DNA of 64,000 nucleotides from Albugo candida (Eukaryota). Location of the stretch: assembly GCA_040437565.1 (NCBI GenBank), contig JBDOQK010000050.1, positions 124,001 through 188,000 of the forward strand, in the 5' to 3' direction. This document shows positions 12,178-24,700 of this stretch, in pieces. The stretch's first letter is position 1. Each line of letters opens with the position of its first letter. Both the position numbers and the translations under genes were made by a program. The notes under the pieces are model-generated. The model made no database searches and had not been told where the DNA came from. It saw only the letters and a list, made by a program, of their open reading frames with translations.

Positions 12178-14891
12178 TCAACGCGTTGAGGAGACAGCAA
12201 GAGTGATAAGCAAGATATCGACGTCATTAATATTCAAAAACGCAAGTAGACTGACTTGTCCATTTGCAATAGTCTACATGAAATTAACGCAATCTACTTG
12301 CTANNNNNNNNNNNNNNNNNNNNNNNNNNNNNNNNNNNNNNNNNNNNNNNNNNNNNNNNNNNNNNNNNNNNNNNNNNNNNNNNNNNNNNNNNNNNNNNNN
12401 NNNCTATTCTGATTATCGACCCGAAATTTGTCGGCGGATTTGATGCCTCGATACTCAGGTTCGTCAGAGGAAGGGGATGTCAGGGAATATCAACAAATGA
12501 GCCTAACAGGATATGCTGGAAATTAATCAACGCGTTGAGTAGACAGCAAGAGTGATAAGCAAGATATCGACGTCTTTAATATTCTAAACGCAAGTAGACT
12601 GACTTGTCCATTTGCAATAGTCTACATGAAATTAACGCAATCTACTTGCTATATTTCTTCCACATTATGTGAAGTGGTGTTCAAGACTTCTTGATGATAG
12701 TTTCAGCTCTCGGAATCGATATCCATAGCTTGCGCACATATGAGACCTTACAACCCTGCAGCTGGTATGGCGTCTGCTGTAGTAATGGTAAAGTGATCCT
12801 TTTATTTGTTCTTAGTGGCTACATGGGGTATTAATCGTCTTTACGAGAAACATATAATCTAGAATCTATCGTAGCCACACAAAGCAACCAATTGACCACT
12901 TCACCTTTGACCCGGCATCTGGTCACCAAGTCTCTAACAAGTGAGCAAGTATAGCCTAAGCTTTATCTGCAGATACCTGACGTCCGCGCATTGGACAACT
13001 GTCGATTGAAAAAGGCTCAGGATCAATAAACACTGATGTCTGTGTAGCTTGTCCTTGTTGCATGTCGATGGAGTCAAATCTTGAATGCTCTTTTGCATGA
13101 ATGGTTGCAAGCCTTGATCTCAAGCTTAATACAGGACTCGGCACAATTTGCGGAAGTCATGTGACATTAGGCGATGAGTGTTTTTCTCATTATAAACGTC
13201 CTTAATTGCAGTCTGATTTGGCCAAGATACTGAATCAGGTTTTCGACGTACAAGAGATGATAAAATAATTTCTGCCGCAAAAGCCGCACATTGTTATCAC
13301 ACATCATTGACCCAATCGTGCGTGATTGTTTTTATTATACAGGTATCTTGGCAGGGATTTCATGCTGGAAGGAAATTAAGAGAAGGTACCAGCTAATCGC
13401 CACAGAGCTCAGCAAATTTCCGGTCGTGGTAGAACATGGATCCACCTCTCATAGGAGGTCAGGCGGTTGTATGCCTCTCTTCCTGATTTGAAGCTTGCGC
13501 TGAATAGTGAACATGACAATGAACTACCCGCACAGAACATTTCCACTAGTTCCATAAGTTTGCTATTGCAAACTGGCTCATTTGGTATATCCAATGCACC
13601 CTTGTTACTCGAACGTTCTTTTCCATCGCTTGAATTGCCGGTACAAAGACTTTTCAAATCTCAACAAAATAGAAAATCAACGGACGCGCCGTCCTACGCT
13701 TGGATAAGATGGCTGGCGCGTTTGCCGTTCACTTGCGTACGACCATCTGCGTTTCATGCACGATACCGGAAGCTTAGCGTTATCTGTTGTAATGGAATAA
13801 GACTGAAGCTTGCTGTAAAGCAGCAGACCGAGGTTCACTCATAGCGATTCAACGTATCCATTATAAAGGGTTCAAGCGAGGTATTTATGTTACATAAAGA
13901 AGCATATATAAGAAGCAACTTTTATCGAAGATCTATGATGACAATATATTATTATGCTCCCTATCAACACCTAGCACTAATCAGGTTCAGAATCATCAAT
14001 GCGAGCGATATAGCGAGAATCGATGTCCAAAGTTTATGAGCATCTTGCGTCAAATTTAGGTGTGAACTCAGCAGCTTTGCGCGGCGATGTTTAGGTGCGA
14101 CGGATGTGGCAACTCGCAGCGGGTTTGATGCGATGTTGCTTGAATCGAATTTAAAGAGCTTAAAACATTAGGTATGCTTTGCTTCGGTATGTCGCGCTTT
14201 CTTAAGCCAGCCCCAGTGTATTCGTACGCTGGCCGGAACCTCAATGCTGACGTAAGATGCTTTTGTATTGAACGTATGATATAGTATCGAGTGATTGGCG
14301 AGCTCTCATCCTAGATTCCACAATCGGTAAAATGCATACGGGAATTTTCAACGTTTTCATCGTTGTGTTGTGACAATTCGTTGTCAAAGCAGTTAAAAAT
14401 CAAAATTGAAGTTCCCGATGTGACACATTCGCATCCTTCCAACTGCTATATATGTGTTTGTAGTGCGGGATCAGTTTTTACTCATGATAATATATAGAAC
14501 GGATCAGACATTGGCAGAAATAGAAGACCCCTACCGCTACGGAATTATAATTTCATGCAGTTCAAGATTGCGCTATTTGTTGCATCGGCTAAAATCAATT
14601 CACCCATTCCATATATTGAAAGTGCGTGTGCTCACGCTTTCCATCAATTTGAATCTCATCTTCCGTATGTGTAGCAAGTACACGCAATAAGTGGGCGCTA
14701 TTACAATCAGACGAAGATGGGTGCTTCCTACGCGAGTATTCTAGAATGTCTCAAAAGTTTCGCAGCCAATAATCGGACAGATTAGTTCCGTAAATAATAT
14801 TCACGCTGTGTTAGCTCTTCGCCTCGCTGATCAATCATTTTTGGATTTATCAACAGCTTCCAACTTGACCTTTTGGAACATTTACTGGACA

Positions 14892-16364
14892 ATGAGAACA
14901 CCAACATTTTCGACTCCGATCGTGCTGCTACTTTCCGCAGTAGCTTTGAAAATGGAAGTGGAAGCAAATGGCTTGCATCTAGACCCATCGGAACAGCTCA
15001 AATCTGTTATTTTTGAACGAGCAGGGCCACAGGAGGAAAGAATCATTAACGGGAATTTCTTAGGATTATCGTCGACGAAGCATACTCTCCGTGGTGGAGG
15101 CACCGCACCTTCTCAGAACTCGATCAATCAACACGCCGAAGAAAAAACAATCAATTGCAAGAATTGTGGCTTCGACACATCAATGTCTGGACGAGCTCTC
15201 GGCGACAATGCTGAAGAAAAGCCTTGGACAAAACGAGAAAGACGTGAATCTTCTGCTACTCCGAACACCCTCATACGTCAAGTTTATGTCGGACATACCA
15301 ACACGTTGCGCAATGTTTACACTGGAGGGACCGGTTCCACATTGGGTTCTCGTCCCGTTTCGGAAGCGCGCACCGATCACCGCTTACCTTACGGTACAAG
15401 TATTCCTTACCAAGAAACGCATCAGGAATACCAGTCAGACAATGCTAACCTTGGATTTGCCAACCGACGCACATCTCATTCGAATGTGCCGCAGCAATCA
15501 ATTCCAACTGGGTACATGCAACATGGTATACCTTCCGCTAATTCACCCAATATCTCACCAGCCTTATCTCAATATCGCTTTCCTCATGAACAAGTCTACG
15601 CAACTCCCACCCAAAATGCTGCACGTGGTGGACGATTTGAGCACACAAGAATGCAGCCATTTATAAGGCAACAGATCGAAAGAAGTAACCTGGGAGAAAC
15701 GGATCCAACTCATTCCACGAATTCAAGGACAATTACTGTAAATGAGGGGCAGACCAGCAACACAAGAAATCATTATCATGCATCTATCGCTGCACAAGGT
15801 GGAAACACCCGTTCGGTACCATCTCCTTCGGCTCCGTATCTTACAGGAATACCACTCGTACGATTTGTTACAAATTCACCTGAGAATCAGCGCAAGCCAA
15901 TGAAGCTTCTTTCATTATTCCCGACTGCACCTAATGATGAAGTTGTCTCAGTAGAACCGCCTCTGAATTATTATTCTTCAAGCAATAACAGAATCGACTC
16001 GGGCAACACGCCTCCACCTCACTTCGCCATATCTGACATACATGACCCTTATTCATACCATCCAACGAATCATGAAGCTGACCTGGTAGAACCGGACCCA
16101 TCGCACTACATTGGATATGGGCAGGATCCGACATTGCGTAAGAGCTATCCAAAACATCCCAGAGAGCTCCGTTCTAAGTCCTCGACTGCTTATCCACAAG
16201 CACCAACTTCAAACATAGGACATCACGCTTCTACTTCACGCTACCGCGATTATCAGCATTCAAACCCACTGGTTCACTTGGCGGCTCGTGACTCAGGATC
16301 GTCAAAGCACGGAAGCTCAATAGGAAGTCAAAAGATGAGTCCAACAGGATATGCTGCAGAATAA
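14892..16364 (+). CDS. Putative secreted effector candidate, tandem family copy 3 (490 aa)
   Basis: ATG at 14892 aligns with paralogue starts (MRTPTFSTPIVLLLSAVALKMEVEANG). Motifs HTLRG, PSQN, INCKNCGF and SGRALG, then a long low-complexity C-terminus. Confidence 0.85.
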   Translation: MRTPTFSTPIVLLLSAVALKMEVEANGLHLDPSEQLKSVIFERAGPQEERIINGNFLGLSSTKHTLRGGGTAPSQNSINQHAEEKTINCKNCGFDTSMSGRALGDNAEEKPWTKRERRESSATPNTLIRQVYVGHTNTLRNVYTGGTGSTLGSRPVSEARTDHRLPYGTSIPYQETHQEYQSDNANLGFANRRTSHSNVPQQSIPTGYMQHGIPSANSPNISPALSQYRFPHEQVYATPTQNAARGGRFEHTRMQPFIRQQIERSNLGETDPTHSTNSRTITVNEGQTSNTRNHYHASIAAQGGNTRSVPSPSAPYLTGIPLVRFVTNSPENQRKPMKLLSLFPTAPNDEVVSVEPPLNYYSSSNNRIDSGNTPPPHFAISDIHDPYSYHPTNHEADLVEPDPSHYIGYGQDPTLRKSYPKHPRELRSKSSTAYPQAPTSNIGHHASTSRYRDYQHSNPLVHLAARDSGSSKHGSSIGSQKMSPTGYAAE

Positions 16365-19300
16365 GCAGTGCGTCAAGGAGACGGAGAGAGTGACAGGTCG
16401 GATATCGACGTCATTAATATCGATAATGATGAGAGCTAGTAGACTGATTTCGTTTTATTTTATTTTAAATGATATCTCAGTTTGCTTTGCTTTGTAACAT
16501 TGTGTTATTACAATTGGGTGCATGGAACTAATGCGATTTACTGGCTACATCTCTTACGCATCATGTGAGATGGTGTTCAAGAGTACTTGTTGATAGATAT
16601 CTACTCCCGGTAACTTTCTGAGCTGGCGATCATGCGCAGTTTTACATGTTTGCAATAGATTAGCCAGCATTTGGTATGATGACTCGTCTTGTTATGCAAT
16701 GCTTGAATTGAACCTACTTCTGTTTCCAATTGAAAATCATCTATCAGTCACATTGTACAGAAACTCGTTTGCTGAATTCACAAAATGAAAAAGTTCTCTA
16801 GCTATCTTTCGTTTGAAGGTTGGTGTGAATTATGGTTTTTCGACATCCGCTGATTTGATGAAGTGCTGAAGTGGCAGTGGACTCGCCGGCTTGGTTTGGC
16901 TAGTCAAGTCAGCAAATGACATCAAGTGTGAATGCTGCCGATTTAATCAGCGGTGCCGGAATTGTGAGGACCAAGGAACTTATTTATTTCAACTCGGAGT
17001 CTGTATCAGACTGAAGTTCAACGTGTCCTTATGATATCAATAGCAGTGACTTCCTCATCGAGAAAGCCTGTTTCTTTTTTTTTGACTTTCGAGCTTCTGG
17101 CGTGACGTTTTACCAATTTGGATTGAACTTATGCGTCGCCTCCATCACTCCCGTTGAGGCTGTCGACTACTGGGTAGTAGAGGCCGACTTTGTCGAGTTA
17201 AACAACAAATATCAGATTAGACTTTTCCAGTGGCAGCACAAGAAATGTTGTTTCACGTCAGTATCGTCTGGATGGGGTCATGTAAACGATCAAAGAAACG
17301 ATCGCGGAAGTGCTTCGCTATTCAAGTCGCTGTACGCTTCAATATCCAATTACTTTATGCGAGATTCCTGCGTACGTTGATGATAACAATGTGGTGGATT
17401 GAAGCCAATTCTTAGGCGTTTGGTAGATTGATGACTTTTGCTCAAACGCACTATTTCGTTTTCCTGATTCTTGACGGAAGAATGATGTTTTTCTATACCA
17501 GATACTCAGGATCGGACTTTGCATGTCTGAAGAAGGTGCGCAATGGCAGTTTACATACTGATTCACATCGTCGATTCGTTATGAACAAGCTAATTACAAA
17601 TCGAGATCACCTCGATATTTGGAGAAGTAAATGAGTACCTGAGGAAGTCATACGGTGTCAATGTGCACAGGTCGTTTTTTTCGTTAGACCAAATGTCGGT
17701 ACATGAGGCGTTTATTGCCCATGTAGGCTGCATGTTTCATCAAACACATTGGAGGTATTCAAAATGACCAAGTCATCAGCTCGACATTAACCCGGTATCA
17801 GGTCAAGACTATACACCGCTTGACACATGAAAATCATTATTGTTTGACCCAAGCTCCAGCACAAATGAACAATGGATCGCTGAGTGCTGATAATCAAAGC
17901 ACTCATTGGTATCTCCGATCCGGTGGTAAGAAACTAACTCGCCACAAAGTAAACAGGTAGAGCCTGATAGTAGTTTGCAAAAATTGATCAAATAATTGTT
18001 TCATTGGGTGGGTACGTGTTGATCGGAATCAGCAAGTAAAAGCGATAATGTCCCGTCCGTGCATTGGACAATGGTTGAAGGAAAACTTGGCTCTCGCAAA
18101 AGGCACCGAATTGATGACACTAGTTTGCATGTGGCTTTTCCTCGTTGCATATCGAAGGAGTCAAATATTGCATACTCTATTGCTTCAATGACTTGGTCAT
18201 TCATCTCGAGCTTACTCATGACGATTGTGCATTGTTCAGTGACCGTGGAAGACAAGGTTTTTACGCATCATGATGTCGTCAATGTCATTCTGTTTCGGCC
18301 AGCATACGGATGATCAAGCCTTTTTCCTAATACGTAAGTTCTCACGCAAATAGTACATTGGTTCCACGTACCACTGATGCAATTGTGCGTGAGTGAATTC
18401 AAGTGATATGGGTCAATATCCACTAATATGACGTTGAGGTATTTTGGAAGGACAAATAACGCATACAAACAGCAAATTTGATCCGGAGCATCCTATCCGT
18501 AATTAGACACGAAATTTCCATCCTTGCTTTTACGTACCTCTTTAGGGACTTGAACTCTAGTATCAACAGGAACAAGAGAAGGAAGTGGACCCATTCTAAT
18601 ACAAGCATCCATGTAGCAAGCACATTCGTCTTTTCTTCAATTCTATTATCGCGGTAGCACCAGTATCTCGCACCGTTGATCGAGCCGTTTTTAATCTCAG
18701 GCTTTGAACGAATATATGCAAACCCGATCGAAGCACCAACTACCATACTTGAGTGAGATTGTTGGCGGAGAATCGGTGTCACGATTCATTCAGTTGACGC
18801 ATACATATATGGTCCGGACGAGAAGCATGGTAATCTGTCACCTTTTCAGAAAATGTATTAGCTGTTTGTGAGCAATTATCCGTTCATGGGAGCACATGAC
18901 ACACCTCTCTTACCAACTTAAAGCTGACGCTGGAATAAGGAGCGAGAATGACGCTCAACGCCTTGTCGACTACCACGGAGCTATAATAAAATGTCAATCA
19001 GGCGGATACCATTGTACGATGCGTNNNNNNNNNNNNNNNNNNNNNNNNNNNNNNNNNNNNNNNNNNNNNNNNNNNNNNNNNNNNNNNNNNNNNNNNNNNN
19101 NNNNNNNNNNNNNNNNNNNNNNNNGAAAATGTATTAGCTGTTTGTGAGCAATTATCCGTTCATGGGAGCACATGACACACCTCTCTTACCCACTTAAAGC
19201 TGACGCTGGAATAAGGAGCGAGAATGACGCTCAACGCCTTGTCGACTACCACGGAGCTATAATAAAATGTCAATCAGGCGGATACCATTGTACGATGCGT

Positions 19301-20516
19301 TTTCTACGCATGGATGAGGCGGTTGGAGCGCTTGCTGTTCGCCTAAGCACGCTATCTAGGTTCCATCTTCACATAGCTTAGCATTTCCTGCTAGAAAAAA
19401 GTTATTTTGAGTGGTGTCTAGAGATTTTGTTCTATAATAGAGACATCGACATCGACGCCAAAGCTAATAGTTCTGCTGTAAAGCAGCACACTACCAAAAA
19501 AATCTTTAGATGTAGCAAAATGGCTACTAAAATAGGGTTGACATGAGGATCCTTTGTGCTTCGACGTAGGATCTTGAAAGAGTTATGGCATCAACCTTGC
19601 TTCAGTCCTAGCACATAAGATTACAACTGATTTTGATGGATTGGGATGAGGCTTCAACGCGAGCGATGTTGCGAGAAGTAATGTCTAGATTCTTGCATAA
19701 TGTTGCGCCCAAGCTAGGCGCGCGCTCACTACCACGACGGTGTTCAGGTATTACGATAGCGGTAACTCGCAAATGGCTCCACAGAGTGTTGTCTTTGACT
19801 CTGACTGCCAAGAACTCATCATCTCCTAGATTATAGCATGCGATTTCTTAAGCTTGCCCCAAGGTATACAGCAAGTATACTAGCCCGCGATGCAGAAGGA
19901 TTGCACACATGGTCATACCATACTTGCGGAAGAGAATAAGTGCACTGACAGGAAACTCCATTTTGATGCATCATGCTTGAACACTAAAGGTATGGTATAG
20001 TATCGAAAGATCACCGAGTTTCTTCTTCCAAATTCCAAAATCGATGGAAGACAAATCGACTGCTAAAAATCCTAGCGTCTAATTGTTACAATTCGATGTT
20101 GCAGCAGTTAGAATGAACTTTTATGGAACATTCACTGCTCGCTATGATACATTCGCATCCTACCGACTACTATATCAGTGTGTCGAGTCCCGCGTCACTG
20201 TTTGCTCATCACAATAGATAGCACGGATCAGACATGAACTGGTATTTAAGTCCTTTATTGAAAAGCAATTATTATTTCACACAGTTTGAAGATCGATTTT
20301 ACCGGATCGGTCAATGTTATTTCACCCATTCCAACCTTTTTTTCCGTAAATTTCAAGTGCACGCGATCTTTTGAGCGTTATGCGATGAGAATCAAGGAAG
20401 ATGGGTGCTACCTACGCGAGTAGTTTAGCATGTTCTGCAGGCTTCGCCCCAGTAATATAACGGATAGCTTACATAATCAAAGTGACGCTGCCCTCGCTCT
20501 CCTTCCAACGGATCAA

Positions 20517-20530
20517 TCATTCTTGAATTT
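20517..20530 (+). promoter_or_regulatory. Oomycete INR/FPR-like core promoter element (equivalents at 6363 and 14835)
   Basis: TCATTCTTGAATTT lies 59 bp upstream of the ATG. TCATTTTTGATTTA (6363) and TCATTTTTGGATTT (14835) lie 58 and 57 bp upstream of their ATGs. All resemble the GCTCATTYYNCAWTTT-type consensus. Confidence 0.6.
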
Positions 20531-20575
20531 GTCAACAGCGTCCAACTTGAGCAATTTGAAACATTCAATTTGAGG

Positions 20576-21772
20576 ATGAGAATGCCAACATTTTTTTCGA
20601 CTCCGATTGTGCTCATTTCCATAATAGCTTTACATATGGAAGGGGAAGTAAATGGCTTACGTCTACCATCGGAGCAGCCCAAACCTAAAATTATTGAACA
20701 ACCTGGGCCACCGAATCGAAGAAGCTTTAACGGGGATATGTCAGAAATCCTTCCGATGAAGACCAATCTCCGCGTTCAAGGCACCGCATCTTCTCAGAAC
20801 TTGATCGAAAAAAAATGCAATGAACAATTACCAATCGATTACGATAATCGTGTTATCGATACGTCAAGATCTGGACGATTTCTCGGCGATGAAAAAAAAG
20901 AAAAGAAAAAAGGCAAGGTTAGCGATTTCTCCGGATTCAAGGCTCGTATGGCACGAAGAAGCCAAATTCAAAAAGAACTAAAAGAAGATATATATGCAAT
21001 CAAAGAGTGTGTGGAAAATATTAGTCCTGCCCGTGCTCGCTACACTTACAGGAAGATAAAAACTTCGACGTCTACTAATCCACCCGTCTCGGAAGCACGG
21101 ACCGATTGTCTTCTATCTGACGATGCAAGTAAGCCGCACCAACAAGTATATATGGAACCCCAGTCACTCACAAATTACTTGCCATCTATCAACCGAGGAG
21201 ATTTATATCGGGAAAACATCCACTCTGTACAGACTCTCCCATCTTATCCCGGCTGGCATCTTGAAGAATTACCACATTTACCACAGCATGGAGCTGTCCC
21301 AGATTCGAATGGCGAACAGGTTGACGATGAAGTTCACTCTGCACACCCGAGCAAAGAAGACTCTATCTCACGTGGAGGATGGATTGACTCAAGCAACACT
21401 CACCAATCACTTCGGGTAGGACCTAGCCAACCTATCGACTCGGCCAACACACCCAATCCATCGAAACAAGAAGCCGACCCGGTACAACCGGACCTATCGT
21501 ACTCACTTGGATATGTACGGGATTCGAAATTGCGTAAGAGCTATCCGAGCTCGATGACGAAATCTCCTAGAGGGCTCCGCCCTGAGTCCTTTACTGCTTA
21601 TCCACAAGCACCAACTTCAAACGTGGGACATCACGCTTCTACTTCACGCTACCGTGATTATCAGCTTTCAAACCCACTGGTTCACTTGGCGGCTCGTGAC
21701 TCAGGATCGTCAAAGCACGGAAGCTCAATGGGAAGTCAAAAGATGGGTCCAACAGGATATGCTGCAGAATAA
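20576..21772 (+). CDS. Putative secreted effector candidate, tandem family copy 4 (398 aa)
   Basis: MRMPTFFSTPIVLISIIALHMEGEVNG; TNLRV, SSQN and SGRFLG followed by KKEKKKGK. The CxxC is replaced by YDNR. Confidence 0.85.
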   Translation: MRMPTFFSTPIVLISIIALHMEGEVNGLRLPSEQPKPKIIEQPGPPNRRSFNGDMSEILPMKTNLRVQGTASSQNLIEKKCNEQLPIDYDNRVIDTSRSGRFLGDEKKEKKKGKVSDFSGFKARMARRSQIQKELKEDIYAIKECVENISPARARYTYRKIKTSTSTNPPVSEARTDCLLSDDASKPHQQVYMEPQSLTNYLPSINRGDLYRENIHSVQTLPSYPGWHLEELPHLPQHGAVPDSNGEQVDDEVHSAHPSKEDSISRGGWIDSSNTHQSLRVGPSQPIDSANTPNPSKQEADPVQPDLSYSLGYVRDSKLRKSYPSSMTKSPRGLRPESFTAYPQAPTSNVGHHASTSRYRDYQLSNPLVHLAARDSGSSKHGSSMGSQKMGPTGYAAE

Positions 21773-24700
21773 GCAATGCGTCAAGGAGACGGNNNNNNNN
21801 NNNNNNNNNNNNNNNNNNNNNNNNNNNNNNNNNNNNNNNNNNNNNNNNNNNNNNNNNNNNNNNNNNNNNNNNNNNNNNNNNNNNNNNNNNNNGAGGGCTC
21901 CGCCCTGAGTCCTTTACTGCTTATCCACAAGCACCAACTTCAAACGTGGGACATCACGCTTCTACTTCACGCTACCGTGATTATCAGCTTTCAAACCCAC
22001 TGGTTCACTTGGCGGCTCGTGACTCAGGATCGTCAAAGCACGGAAGCTCAATGGGAAGTCAAAAGATGGGTCCAACAGGATATGCTGCAGAATAAGCAAT
22101 GCGTCAAGGAGACGGAGAGAGTGACAGGTCGGATATCGACGTCATTAATATCGATAATGAGGAGAGCAAGTAGACTGACTTCGTTTTTTTTTTTCAAATG
22201 ATATCTCAGTTTGCTTTGCTTTTGTAACATTGTATTATTACAATCGAGTGCATGGAACTAATGCGATCTACTGGCTGCATCGCTTTCGCATATGTGAGAT
22301 GGTGCTCAAAAGTACTTGTCGATAGGCATTTAGCCCCGGTAAAGTTCTGTCTATAACATCAGTTCCTGTGCGTATTTCTACATATTTGCAATAGATCAGC
22401 CAGCATTTTGGTAATATGACTCGTCTCGTCATGCAATGCTTGAATTCGACCTACTTCCGTTTCCAATCACCAATCGTCAACCAAGAAACTAATTTAATTA
22501 AAGTCTGAATCAGGTTAGAGATAAACGTGTCCTTAAAGCAGTGCCTTTTCAAGCCTGTTTTTTCTTCCAGATTAGATGATTCTGGTAACAACACAGAATA
22601 AAGCTGTTTCATGTCAGTATTCTAAAGGTAAATACGGAAGTACTCCGCTTACAATTTTATCATTCCATTCGTTTATGAGAGATTCTTGCGTGCGCCTAAG
22701 ATAATGCTGAGGTGGATTGAAGCTAATACTTAGATGTTTGTTAAAGTGAACGACCTATGGTCTTTGTTCCAACAAATTAGCTCGCTTCCTTGACTTTTGA
22801 CAGAGTAGTGATGTTCCTCTGTCAGATGCTCAGCAATAATCTAGATTTTTTTCTGAAGAAAAAATTGCTCAATGGCAGTTTACATACTGATTTCCATCTT
22901 TCAGGTATTGTGACAATCTTTTTACCAATCGAATATATGATACAAAATAAGTACCTAGGGAAGTCGAACGGTGTCAAAGTGTAATGGTCGCTTTCTGTTG
23001 GATCAAATGTCGTTGCATGAGGCGCTAGTGCCTATACAAGATATCTTTTTTCTCAGATACATTGGAGGTACTTGAAAATCAACAAGTCATCAGATCATAC
23101 ACATACACCGCTTGACGCATGAGAAGCGAATATGTTCGTCCCAAATTCCAGCACAAAAGGACAATTCGTCGCTGAGTGCTGGTATATCAAATTTACCCAT
23201 TCGTTCTTTCGATCTGTGTGTAAATCAAAACAAGTCGCTACCAAGAAGCAACTAAAGTCTGATCGTTTCTTTCACAGAATGGACAAATACTGGTTGGATA
23301 GATGGGTAACAGGTGATCGGAGCCAGCAAGTAAAAATTAAAAAATCAAGGTTGCGCATTGACCAATCGTTAAAGATAAGTTGGATCTCACGACTAGGCTC
23401 CAGATTGTGAAGACTATTTTGCATGTGACTTGTCCTCGTTGTATATCGATGGAGTCAAGGATTAAATTCTTCATTGCATGATTGGTTGTGAGCCTTGATT
23501 TAAAGCATCGATTAGAACTCGGTACGATTTGTCAAAGTCATGTGACGTTAAGAGGTAACGCATTTTACACTTGTCAATGCCACTCTGATTTGGCCAGCAT
23601 ACGGAATCATCGAGCCTTTTTTCCCAACGTGCAAGAGATGCTAAAACAATTTTCACGCAAAAATTGGCATATTGATATCACATTTGACTGACCAATTGTG
23701 CTAAATTACTTTTATTGGTACGGCGATACTCACTTGCAGCTGGCTGCTCGAAAGTATGAGATGGAACTTTCGTAGGAAGACAAATATCACATATAAACAG
23801 TAAATGTGATCGCACAGGAAAGCTTCCGTGAAGAATCAGGGGCCTATGTTACAGTCTCAGCAAGAGCTAGGGAAGGAAATGGACTTCGTTTAGTACAAGC
23901 ATCCATGTAGCAAGCATGTCCTACTGTTCTTCTACTCTTCTATCTTCTTCAAGGTAGCACCTGTATCTCGCAAGTTGTGGTACCGATAATTTTGTATATT
24001 TCGTCAGATCAAAGCGCTATCACTCCAAGAGTCTGGACGCATATATTCGCAGTCGATCGAAAAGATCTGTGTAGTATAGGAATGCGCTTGGGTGTGATTG
24101 TTCGTGAAAACATTGCTTGAAAGACACAGGAGCCGCCATGTCGCGTGGTACCTTCTTGAAGCAGATTCTGGTCCGTTTAGGCTAAGATCCATGATATCTT
24201 GGCAAAGGTTGCATGCCGGAAGGAGAGTTATGAATATTCCACAAACTAAGACAAGATACAAGGTTAATCGCCACAGAGGTCACCGATTTTCCGGTCGTGG
24301 TAGACGATGAATCCGCCTCTCATAGAAAGTCAGGCGTTTCTAGGCCTCTCTTTTTGATTTAAATCCTACGCTAGAATATTGAAATGACTATCGACGGTTT
24401 GCCAGCACATCAGAACTTCAAAATGTCAGCAAGGTGAGAAATCAAATGACGCGTCTTCGTAAGCTAGGATAAGATGGCTGGAATGTTTGTCGTTCACCTG
24501 AGCACAATATCTGCGTTCCATCTCCTCAAAAGACCGATAGCTCGCGTTATCTGTGGTAAAGATATTGCACCTAAGTGTTGCTGTAGAGCAGCCAGCAGAC
24601 TATCAACGCAGCCCCTAAAAAAAGGGGTTCTAGCGAGTAACTAAAGTAGGACGATAGAAAGAAGCAGTCTTCTCTGATGGCAGCATATTGTTGTGCTTCC

